DNA of 64,000 nt from Mobula hypostoma. Its lineage: Eukaryota. The notes under the pieces are model-generated. The model was not told where the DNA came from. It saw only the letters and a program-made list of their open reading frames with translations, and did no database searches. Positions within the stretch are counted from its first letter, which is position 1, and each line of letters opens with the position of its first letter. A program made the position numbers and the translations under genes. Shown here one piece after another: positions 26,701 through 38,700 of this stretch. The stretch covers positions 6,698,001-6,762,000 of the forward strand of contig NC_086109.1 of assembly GCF_963921235.1 (NCBI RefSeq). The letters are read 5' to 3'.

Positions 26701-29700
26701 TCTTCTCTCCAAAGAGTAAAGCCCTAGCTTCCTTAATCTCTGATCATAATGCATACTCTCTAAACCAGGCAGCATCCTGGTAAATCTTCTCTGTACCCTT
26801 TCCAATGCTTCCACATCCTTTCTATAGTGAGGTGACCAGAACTGGACACAATACTCCAAGTGTGGCCTAACCAGAGTTTTATAGAGCTGCATCATTACAT
26901 TGCGACTCTTAAACTCTATCCCTCGACTTATGAAAGCTAACACCCCATAAGATTAGTGTGCAAACTTAAAGCACACGGTATTGGGGGTAAGGTATTGGTG
27001 TGGGTGGAGAATTGGTTAGCAGACAGGAAGCAAAGAGTGGGAATAAACGGGACCTTTTCAGAATGGCAGGCGGTGACTAGTGGGGTACCGCAAGGCTCAG
27101 TGCTGGGACCCCAGTTGTTTACAATATATATTAATGACTTGGATGAGGGAATTAAATGCAGTATCTCCAAGTTTGCGGATGACACGAAGCTGGGTGGCAG
27201 TGTTAGCAGTGAGGAGGATGCCAAGAGGATGCAGGGTGACTTGGATAGGTTGGGTGAGTGGGCAAATTCATGGCAGACAACAGGAATTCTGCAGATGCTG
27301 GAAATTCAAGCAACACACATCAAAGTTGCTGGTGAACGCAGCAGGCCAAGCAGCATCTATAGGAAGAGGCGCAGTCGACGTTTCAGGCCGAGACCCTTCG
27401 TCAGGACTAACTGAAGGAAGAGTGAGTAAGGGATTTGAAAGCTGGAGGGGGAGGGGGAGATGCAAAATGATAGGAGAAGACAGGAGGGGGAGGGATAGAG
27501 CCGAGAGCTGGACAGGTGATAGGCAAAAGGGGAGTCCTTATATACTTCCGTACCCCATCAGGAAGGTCTCAAAGCTCTCCGCTTCTTTCTGGATTCCAGA
27601 CCTAATCAGTTCCCCTCTACCACCACTCTGCTCCGTCTAGCGGAATTAGTCCTTACTCTTAATAATTTCTCCTTTTGCTCCTCCCATTTCCTCCAAACTA
27701 AAGGTGTAGCTATGGGCACCCGTATGGGTCCTAGCTATGCCTGCCTTTTTGTTGGGTTTGTGGAACAATCTATGTTCCGTGCCTATTCTGGTATCTGTCC
27801 CCCACTTTTCCTTCGCTACATCGACGACTGCATTGGCGCTGCTTCCTGCACGCATGCAGAACTCGTTGACTTTATTAACTTTGCCTCCAACTTTCACCCT
27901 GCCCTCAAGTTTACCTGGTCCATTTCCGACACCTCCCTCCCCTTTCTAGATCTTTCTGTCTCTGTCTCTGGAGACAGCTTATCCACTGATGTCTACTATA
28001 AGCCTACTGACTCTCACAGCTATCTGGACTATTCCTCTTCTCACCCTGTCTCTTGCAAAAACGCCATCCCCTTCTCGCAATTCCTCCGTCTCCGCCGCAT
28101 CTGCTCTCAGGATGAGGCTTTTCATTCTAGGACGAGGGAGATGTCTTCATTTTTTAAAGAAAGGGGCTTCCCTTCCTCCACTATCAACTCTGCTCTTAAA
28201 CGCATCTCCCCCATTTCACGTACATCTGCTCTCACTCCATCCTCCCACCACCCCACTAGGAATAGGGTTCCCCTGGTCCTCACCTACCACCCCACCAGCC
28301 TCCGGGTCCAACATATTATTCTCCGTAACTTCCGCCACCTCCAACGGGATCCCACCACTAAGCACATCTTTCCCTCCCCCCCCCCCGCATTCCGCAGGGA
28401 TCGCTCCCTACACAACTCCCTTGTCCATTCGTCCCCCCCATCCCTCCCCACTGATCTCCCTCCTGGCACTTATCCGTGTAAGCGGAACAAGTGCTACACA
28501 TGCCCTTACACTTCCTCCCTTACCACCATTCAGGGCCCCAAACAGTCCTTCCAGGTGAGGCATCACTTCACCTGTGAGTCGACTGGGGTGATATACTGCG
28601 TCCGGTGCTCCCGATGTGGCCTTTTATATATTGGTGAGACCCGACGCAGACTGGGAGACCGCTTTGCTGAACATCTACGCTCTGTCCGCCAGAGAAAGCA
28701 GGATCTCCCAGTGGCCACACATTTTAATTCCACATCCCATTCCCATTCTGACATGTCTATCCACAGCCTCCTCTACTGTAAAGATGAAGCCACACACAGG
28801 TTGGAGGAACAACACCTTATATTCCGTCTGGGTAGCCTCCAACCTGATGGCATGAACATTGACTTCTCTAACTTCCGCTAGGCCCCACCTTCCCCTCGTA
28901 CCCCATCTGTTACTCATTTTTATGCACACATTCTTCCTCTCACTCTCCTTTTTCTCCCTCTGTCCCTCTGAATATACCTCTTGCCCATCCTCTGGGTCAC
29001 CCCCCCCACCCTGTCTTTCTTCCTGGACCTCCTGTCCCATGATCCTCTCGTATCCCCTTTTGCCTATCACCTGTCCAGCTCTCGGCTCTATCCCTCTCCC
29101 TCCTGTCTTCTCCTATCATTTTGCATCTCCCCCTCCCCCTCCAGCTTTCAAATCCCTTACTCACTCTTCCTTCAGTTAGTCCTGATGAAGGGTCTCGGCC
29201 TGAAACGTCGACTGCGCCTCTTCCTATAAATTCATGGCAGATGCAATTTAATGTGGATAAATGTGAAGTTATCCACTTTGGTGGCAAATATAGGAAAACA
29301 GATTATTATCTGAATGGTGGCCGATTAGGAAAAGGGGAGGTGCAACGAGACCTGGGTGTCATTATACACCAGTCATTGAAAGTGGGCATGCAGGTACAGC
29401 AGGCGGTGAAAAAGGCGAATGGTATGCTGGCATTTATAGCGAGAGGATTCGAGTACAGGAGCAGGGAGGTGCTACTGCAGTTGTACAAGGCCTTGGTGAG
29501 ACCACACCTGGAGTATTGTGTGCAGTTTTGGTCCCCTAATCTGAGGAAAGACATCTTTGCCATAGAGGGAGTACAAAGAAGGTTCACCAGATTGATTCCT
29601 GGGATGGCAGGACTTTCATATGAAGAAAGACTGGATGAATTGGGCTTGTACTTGTTGGAATTTAGAAGATTGAGGGGGGGATCTGATTGAAACATATAAA

Positions 29701-32700
29701 ATCCTAAAGGGATTGGACAGGCTAGATGCAGGAAGATTGTTCCCGATGTTGGGGAAGTCCAGAACGAGGGGTCACAGTTTGAGGATAGAGGGGAAGCCTT
29801 TTAGGACCGAGATTAGGAAAAACTTCTTCACACAGAGAGTGGTGAATCTGTGGAATTCTCTGCCACAGGAAACTGTTGAGGCCAGTTCATTGGCTATATT
29901 TAAGAGGGAGTTAGATATGGCCCTTGTGGCTACGGGGGTCAGGGGGTATGGAGGGAAGGCTGGGGCGGGGTTCTGAGTTGGATGATCAGCCATGATCATA
30001 ATAAATGGCGGTGCAGGCTCGAAGGGCCGAATGGCCTACTCCTGCACCTATTTTCTATGTTTCTATGTTTCTATAAGCTTTCTTAACTAACCTATCCACC
30101 TGTGAGGCAACTTTCAGGGATCTGTGGACATGTACCCCGAGATCCTTCTGCTCCTCCACACTACCAAGTATCCTGCCATTTACTTTGTACTTTGCCTTGG
30201 AGTTTGTCCTTCCAAAGTGTACCACCTCACACTTCTCCGGGTTGAACTCCATCTGCCACTTCTCAGCCCACTTCTGCATCCTATCAATGTCTCTCTGCAA
30301 TCTTTGACAATCCTCTACACTATCTACAACACCACCAACCTTTGTGTCATCTGCAAACTTGCCAACCCACCCTTCTACCCCGACATCCAGGTTGTTAATA
30401 AAAATCACGAAAAGTAGAGGTCCCAGAACAGATCCCTGTGGGACACCACTAGTCACAATCCTCCAATCTGAATGTACTCCCTCCACCACCATCCTCTGCC
30501 TTCTGCAGGCAAGCCAATTCTGAATCCACCTGGCCAAACTTCCCTGGATCCCATGCCTTCTAACTTTCTGAATAAGCCTACCGGTGGAACCTTGTCAAAT
30601 GCCTTACTAAAATCCATGTAGATCACATCCACTGCACTACCCTCATCTATATGCCTGGTCACCTCCTCAAAGAACCCTATCAGGCTTGTTAGACACGATC
30701 TGCCCTTCACAAAGCCATGCTGACTGTCCCTGATCAGACCATGATTCTCTAAATGCCTATAGATCCTATCTCTAAGAATCGTTTCCAACAGCTTTCCCAC
30801 CACAGACGTAAGGCTCACTGGTCTATAATTACCCAGACTATCCCTCCTACCTTTTTTGAACAAGGGAACAACATTCGCCTCCCTCCAATCCTCCGGTACC
30901 ATTCCCGTGGACAACGAGGACATAAAGATCCTAGCCAGAGGCTCAGCAATCTCTTCTCTCGCCTCGTGGAGCAGCCGGGGGAATATTCCATCAGGCCCCG
31001 GGGACTTATCTGTCCTAATGTATTTTAACAACTCCAACACCTCCTCTCCCTTAATATCAGCATGCTCCAGAACGTCAACCTCACTCATATTGTCCTCACC
31101 ATCATCAAGTTCCCTCTCATTGGTGAATACCGAAGAGGAATATTCATTGAGGACCCCGCTCACTTCCACAGCCTCCAGGCACATCTTCCCACCTTTATCT
31201 CTGATCGGTCCTACCTTCACATCTGTCATCCTTTTTTTCTTCACATAATTGAAGAATGTCTTGGGGTTTTCCTTTACCCTACTCGCCAAGGCCTTCTCAT
31301 GCCCCCTTCTTGCTCTTCTCAGCCCCTTCTTAAGCTCCTTTCTTGCTTCCCTATATTCCTCAATAGACCCATCTGATCCGTGCTTCCTAAACCTCATGTA
31401 TGCTGCCTTCTTCCTCCTGACTAGATTTTCCACCTCACTTGTCACCCATGGTTCCTTCACCCTACCATTCTTTATCTTCCTCACCGGACAAATTTATCCC
31501 TAACATCCCGCAAGAGATCTCTAAACATCGACCACATGTCCATAGTACATTTCCCTGCAAAAACATCATCCCAATTCACACCCGCAAGTTCTAGCCTTAT
31601 AGCCTCATAATTTGCCTTTCCCCAATTAAAAATTTTCCTGTCCTCTTTGATTCTATCCTTTTCCATGATAATTATAAAGGCCATGAACACCTTATGCTCT
31701 TGTGCGCTGCCCTAGCAAATCCTTAGGTTGCATTGGTTGTTAACAAAAATGCTGCATTTCACTGTATGTTTCAATGTATATGTGATAAATATATCTGAAT
31801 CTGAATCTCTCAAAAAAACTAACCTTTCTGCTCATTGTAGGGCCCGACTGGATTTATCTTCTCAGTTTTTATTTCCTCAGGACATAGGAGGAAGCTATTT
31901 GGCCTATTGAGTCTATGCTAGCTCTGGGATCTATCCCATTCCCACTATTAACCTATCGTCTGCTTATCTGCAAACAACACCAACACCGCCAACCTCCTGC
32001 ACTGGGGCAATTTAAGGCTGTGACTCTGCCTACTGTCTGTTGAGCTCAGCACATCACTGGGGCTCAGCTACCAGACCTGGAGACAGTCTACAGCTCTCAA
32101 TGCCTACGGCTCGCTCGTGATATTCTTGAAGACCCACCCCACCCCATCCTGGGCACTGTTCAATCTCCTGCCTTCTGGTAGGAGATACAGAAGCATCTTA
32201 GCCAAGATAGTAAGACTGAAAAACAGCATTTTCCCGAGGGCTGTTGTGCAGCTGAGTAATGCTACACCCTGGCTCGTCAACGGCCTTACCGAAGTCACTT
32301 GTTGCATGTAAAAATGGGAATTTAAAAAAATGAACCCCTACTGCATGCATTGTAAATATCTGTTTTGCACGGACTGGAGTGGCACCACAATCTCATTGTC
32401 TTGAGCAAAGACAATAAAGTTCTATTCTATTCAATGTGGAGAAAGCTGGAGCACCAGGGAGAAACCCATGTGGTCACAGGGAGATTGTGCAAACTCCACA
32501 CCTGCCATCAGGTACTTATTTATTTTATTTAAAGATAAGGTGCGGAATGGTCCCATCAAGCCCAACGAGCTGCACTGCCCACCAGTAACCCAGCTATTTA
32601 ATCCTAGCCTAATCACAGGGTTATTTACAATGCGTAGTTAACCTACCAACTGGTATGTCTTTGGAATATGGGAGAAAACCCACGTGTACAGGGGAAGGAA

Positions 32701-35700
32701 CATAAAAACTTTCTTACAGAACTCTGAATTCTGACATCCTAAGCTGTAATAGTATCGCGGTAGCCACTACGCTACTGTGGTACCAAAGGTACACAGGAAT
32801 CTATATTAAATATGACTATAGAATACATACTTTCTTCTCGTAGCTCCTCAAGCTGTCGTAAGAAACCCACTCATCACCACCGTATGCGTATGGAACTTCC
32901 TGTTCATCAAGCCAGACCTTGGTGGCGCCTTTCAAAAAGCTGCAGACCTGTAACGGTAACGTGTATAACTGTATCACTATCCTTCAGTGTGCTTCATAGT
33001 TACGAATGTGTAGCGTGTGATCATAGAACGTGGAACAGTACAGCATATCGCAGGCCACTCGGCCCACAATGCTGTGCCGACCTACATAAAGCTACTGTTT
33101 GAGCAGTTGTAATCCTTGCCTCCTTCACAGCCCATAACCCTCTAGTTTTATTTTACATTCATGTACCTACTAATAGTCTCTTAAACACAATCTATGTTAT
33201 CTTGGAAGTGGATTTTGAGGGATGGTGTGACTAAGATAATTACATTATTACCAGGATTCCTTAGGATAGATGCAAAGGTTTCTGTTTATTTTAGGAAAAA
33301 TTAAGAACGAAAGCGCATTAATGTTATTTAGTCTATGTCAGGCAACCCTTTGGGAATGACTTCTTCATGAATTGCTTCTATGGGTCTGAAGTAGTAGAAG
33401 AAATCCTCGAGGGACAGCATGGTAGCATAAGACGCTTTACAGCGCCAGCGGCCCGGGTTCAACTCATGATTATCTTTAGTTCCAAATGAATCAGCAGATG
33501 ATCTTTTACAACCGGAGAGCAGTGAGATGTTTTCATAGGAAATGTCTCATGTCAGCTTGGTGACAGCTAGACAGTCACAAGATGCATTTTGGAATCCTCG
33601 CAGACCTGGTGTACACATCAGTATTTGGATAGTAAACAGTTCTATTTAGAAACAAACTTATTTTTAATTGTCTTTTTGAAAGTTTAATATTAATAATTGT
33701 TAACAGGTTTTTTAAAATGCTTCATTTATTTCATTCTGTCTGTTATACTTTTAGTAGTAAAACAGTGAATGCATGTGAATGAGCAACATGACTCATCTTG
33801 GAAAAAAAAATCCATGATTATTGTTACAAATAATTTTATCAGTGATAATATCTGCTCAACATTATCATGGGACACAAGATAATTTGTTTTTAGAAGAACC
33901 TTCGGCAAGTTGGGCACATGCTCTCAAAAAGGCTTGCCACCCTAGGCTAGATCATCACCATCATTATGTGCTGTGTCTTATAACATGGGTGATCATGGCA
34001 GACATCCCACCCTGCAAAGACTCATTTCAGGGAGGTAGCACCATCAATTTGCGGGAGACTTCTGGGAGAGGTGGGATGTCTGCAATAGAGTAGCTCCTGA
34101 GCAGCCAGCCAGCTAGTTTAAATAACGTTAGCTATGATAATGAACGAATGACACCTGTTAAACTCACCTCAACATGTCTTTTACAGTCTTAACCCACCAT
34201 GGGCAATAGAAAAGTCACTGTTGCAAACAGTGCAGCGAGCAACACTGTCATTATTTTGACCCCTATTAGGCAGGGGTACACTTTAGTGTAGTCTGGGGTG
34301 ACGTACATTTTATTTTTTTTTGAACACTCTGCAATGGCGCGCTCTCTCCCTCTCTCACTTGCTTTCTTGCTCTCTCGCTTCCTCGCGCGTGCTCTCTCTC
34401 TCGCGGTCACTGTGGCGCTCTCTCTTGCTTTTCTCTCGCTCGCTCTCAAAAAAATTGATTTCTGGGATATTGTATATAATTTGTGGGCATCAGAGAGCCA
34501 CTATTAAAACGCGGGAGACTCCCGGAAGTTCCGGGAGAGGTGGGATGTCTGTCATGGTCTTGTGATCGTGATTGCTCTTGGCAGTTCTTTCTACAGAAGT
34601 GGTTTGCCATTGCCGCCTTCTGGGTGGTGTCTTACCAAGACTGGCGACCCCAGCCAATATCATTACTCTTCAGAGTTTGTCTGCCCGGAGTAAGTGGTTG
34701 CATAACTAAGTCGTGATATGCATTGGCTGCTCAGACCATCCCCCACCTGCTCTCATGGCTTCACGTGACCCTGACCTGGGGGTGGGGGGCTAAGCAGGTG
34801 TTACAAGGGTGACTAGCAGGCTAGTGGAGGGAAGGAACGCCTTACACCTCTTTTGGTAGAGACATGTCTGTATCCTGCCACCCTACCTGGGCTAGAGGGC
34901 AGATCTTTAAAGTGAGGGGATTGCAGCTGGAAGTTCCAAGGCAATTTATGAGGCAAAGTTTTTATACGGAGACTGGTGGGTGGCTGGAATGTGCTGCCGG
35001 GGTGGTGGAGGAAGCAGATACAATAGCACTGTTTAAGAAGAGTTTAGGCCACGGGTTCTCAACCCAGGGTCTGCAGACCCCTTGCTTAATGTTATTGTTC
35101 TATCATGATGATGATGAAATAATCTTTCATATAATTATGAGGGTTATAGACAGGGTAAATGCAAACAGGCTTTTTTCACTGAGATTGAGCGTGACTACAA
35201 CTATGGGCTAAGGGTGAAAGATAAAATGTTTGAGGGGAACGTAAGGGGGAATTCACTCAGAGTGTGGAATGAGCTGCCAGCCTAAGTGGTGGATGCGGGT
35301 TTCGATTTCAACATTTAAGAGAAATTTGGATAGGTACTGGATGGGAGGGCTATGTTTGGGTGTAGGTCAATGGGACTAGGCAGATTAATGGTTCAGCATG
35401 GACTAGATGGGACAAAGGGCCTGTGTCTGTGCTTTAGTGTTCTACAACTCTAAATCAGGAGTCTATGGGCTTCTCAGTTAACGGTCGGGGTCCATGGCAT
35501 GAAATAGGTGGGGAACCCCTTCTCTAAATCAACCATGACTGAATGGGCCAAATAGCATAATTCTGCTCCTATGTCTTATGGTCTTATAACTTACTTGCCA
35601 CAGAATACCTGACTGTCAACTTTGTTTCCTAATTACTCATACCAATTGTAAGTAAGCTAGAATGTTAATAATGTTAATAGCAATTATGATTACAATGATG

Positions 35701-38700
35701 ATTAAGATGTTCACAATTCAAAGTGAATTTATTATCAAAGTATTTTTCTGTCTCCATATGCTACCCTGAGGTTCATTTTCTTGCGGGCATTCACAGAGCA
35801 AAATGTACAATAGAATCAATGGAAAACTGCACACAGAGACTGACAAACAACCAATGTGCAAGAGAAGACAAACTGTGTAAATGCAAATTAAAAATAATAA
35901 TAGTATTAATAAATAGTAAATCGTTAGAGTAAATTTTATAATGATACCATTCATGTGTCACTGTGATAAGTAAACCACGAGTTTACACATTAGGGACCTG
36001 TTGTGTTGCTTGATAATAAAGTTTACAACAGATAATAATAATCAAAGTGCGTTCCTTTTCTGTAAAATTGACAAAGAGCTGAGGTAGTTTTGTGTATTGA
36101 ACTGTACCTCGAAGTATGCTAAAGTTCCTTCTGATCTGGTGCAGTTCCCTGGTGACCCAGGACCACAAGCCAAGGCGCCTGGTCTGGTGTCGGTGGAACA
36201 GAGGGTAAATGTACGTCCATACGTCGGGAATCCAACCAACAGCTTCTCTGCAGGAGCGCCCTGCTCTTTCCAGTAGTTCACTGCAAACTCCTGTAAGAAA
36301 GGATTTCTATTGGAGGTGGCTGCCCAAGATTGCATTCTAGAAAACTAGAATGAAGAACAGGCCCTTCGGCCCGTGAAGATATACCAACCCTTTAAACCTA
36401 CTCCACAATCAGTCTAACCCTTCCCTCACACATAGCCCTCTATTTGCCTGTCTAAGAGTCTCATTCACGAGCCTATCGAAGAGTCTCTTAAATGTAAAGA
36501 AGAAAAGATAAAGAAAGACGAGCTTTATTTGTCACATCTACATCAAAACATGCAGTGAAATGCATAACTTGTGTCAAATGAAATCAATGAGGATTGTGTC
36601 TGGGCCGCCCGCAAGTGATGCTTTCATCCCGGTGCCAAGATAGCATGCACGCAGCTTACTAACCCTGACCTGTAGCAGAAAACGGGAGTACCCAGAGGAA
36701 ACCCATGTGGTCATGGGGAGAGTGTACTAACTCTTTACAGACAGCATCGGGACTCAAATCCTGATCTTACAGGTGGTGCAGTAAAGCGTTACACTCAGGT
36801 GTGCCCCATGTATCTGTCTTTAACACCATCCCCGCGAGTGTGTTCCAGTCATCCAGCACTCTGTAATGAATTACCTTTCACATCCCCCTTATACTTCCCT
36901 CCAATCACTGTAAAGTTATGTCCCCCTTGTATTAGACTTTTCCTCCCTGGGGAAAAAGGTCCCTGGCTGTCCACACTATCTATTCTTCTTATCATCTGTC
37001 TAGACAAGGTTCCCTCTTCTGTTATGTGCCGTGTCGTGTGATGTGGACAATCATGGTCTTTCCATGACTATGATTGTTCTTGGCAGTGTCTTGTACAGAA
37101 GTGACTTGCCATTGCCTTCTTCTGGGCAGTGTCTTTACTGGACGGGTGACCCCAGCCATTATCAATACTCTTCAGAGATTGTCTGCCTGGTGTCAGTGGT
37201 CGCATAACCAGGACTTGTGATCTGCACCGGCTGCTCATACGACCTTCCACTATCTGCTCCCATGGCTTCATGGGGCTAAGCAGGTGTTACACCTTGCCAA
37301 GCTGAGTTGCAGGCTAGCGGAGAGAAGGAATGCTTTACACCTCCTTTGGTATCCCCATCCCGCCACCCCTATCTAGACAAAGTAAGAGTTATCGGCATAG
37401 TAGCAAAGTGGTCAGCACAACGCTTTACAGTACAGGTGACTCGGGTTCAATTCCCACATGTATGGAGTTTACATGTTCTCCGGGTGCTCCAGTTTCCACC
37501 TACATTCCAAAGATTGATAGGTTAATTGGTCATTGGTAATTTGTGCAGTGATTAGGTTAGTGTTAAGTCGGAGGTTGCTGGGCAGTGCAGTTTGAAGGGT
37601 TGAAAGGGCCTATTCCACGCTTTATCTAAATAAGTAATCAGTAAATAAAGTAAATGGTGATGTGGGAAGGATATGCGTACGTACCACATTAAAGTATCTG
37701 TCATCATTTTTGTCTTGAGAGCTCTTGTACAGTGGACTATTGGGTCCAGTTTTGAAATCCCATGGGCCGTGGAACTCGTAGGTCATCACACCGATAAAAT
37801 CTGCGTGTCTGCACAACACAGAAACGTGTTGAGAATGAAATGTGGGAAGTTTCTACAGCAGCCATTGATGTAATGGTTTATGTGAGATCTGTGGGTTATG
37901 ATCAAAGGAAAACTGGCTGGAGTCGCTTAGGGTGCTTATTAGGTGCGTCAAAAATCAAATTTACAGGAGTTAGTGAAAAGAAAACAGCCAATATTTGCAA
38001 AAAGATGTCACCAGAAAGCACAATAGTCGTTCTGTACAGTCCAGTGTGAACTCCTGGCAGTCTCCCTCTAGCCAGGGCATCAAAGGTTATGGTGAGAAGG
38101 CGGCAGAGTGGGACTAAATGGGAGAATGGATCAACTCATGATAAAATGGCGGAGCAGACTCAATGGGCCGAATGGCCGACTTTTGCTCCTTTGTCTTATG
38201 GTCTTATGGTCTATCTCTTTCTCATACTGAGGGCAATGTTTATGAGGCACTAGGGCATACCATGTTTAATTACCCACAAAGTTAACTTAAGACTACACAA
38301 TCATAGTACAAAATAAATGAAGTTTCTACCTTAAATACAGTATACAAACAACATATACATAGTTAAACATTTACACATCTCCATTACTAAAGAAATGGGT
38401 TATTCCGCTGGGTACGGTGGGACAGGCACCATAAACCCAGTCCTAGTGCATCAGATCGGCTTAGGACGCATTACACTGGGCAGCAAAAATTTTGATTCCT
38501 GAACACTTTTGGGTGTACTTTATGGGTTTTGGGCTGCTGATCATGAAAATCACCATGAAATTTCCCTATCACACACCATTTTTTAAAAAAAAGTCGCCTA
38601 TATTTGTTATTTCAATTCATAATTCAAGTGAGAATAATTGATGCCAAGAATAAGGAAGGCACTTTTGTTGGCCCACAGGTATAAAAGTTAATCAATGACA

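Larger units (their letters stand above)
27278..29227 (+). mobile_element. Penelope-like element (RT + GIY-YIG), 5'-truncated, with inverted terminal copy
   Basis: 389 aa [51 protein letters not shown]; 14-bp TSD aaattcatggcaga. Confidence 0.95.
26952..30072 (+). mobile_element. CR1 LINE B (middle element; own sequence 26952-27277 and 29228-30072)
   Basis: [27 protein letters not shown] then [10 protein letters not shown]; (tttctatg)n tail; ataag duplication. Confidence 0.93.
26334..31682 (-). mobile_element. CR1 LINE A (outer element of nest; own sequence 26334-26951 and 30073-31682)
   Basis: RT ORFs 30453-31484, 30055-30537, 26401-26943 are collinear; (ttctatg)n tail; candidate TSD atgaaca. 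Confidence 0.93.

Noticed and set aside
38407..38445. Weak resemblance to a 7SL/Alu 5' end (gctgggtacggtgg...cccag)
   Set aside because: Too short and divergent; no downstream 7SL sequence
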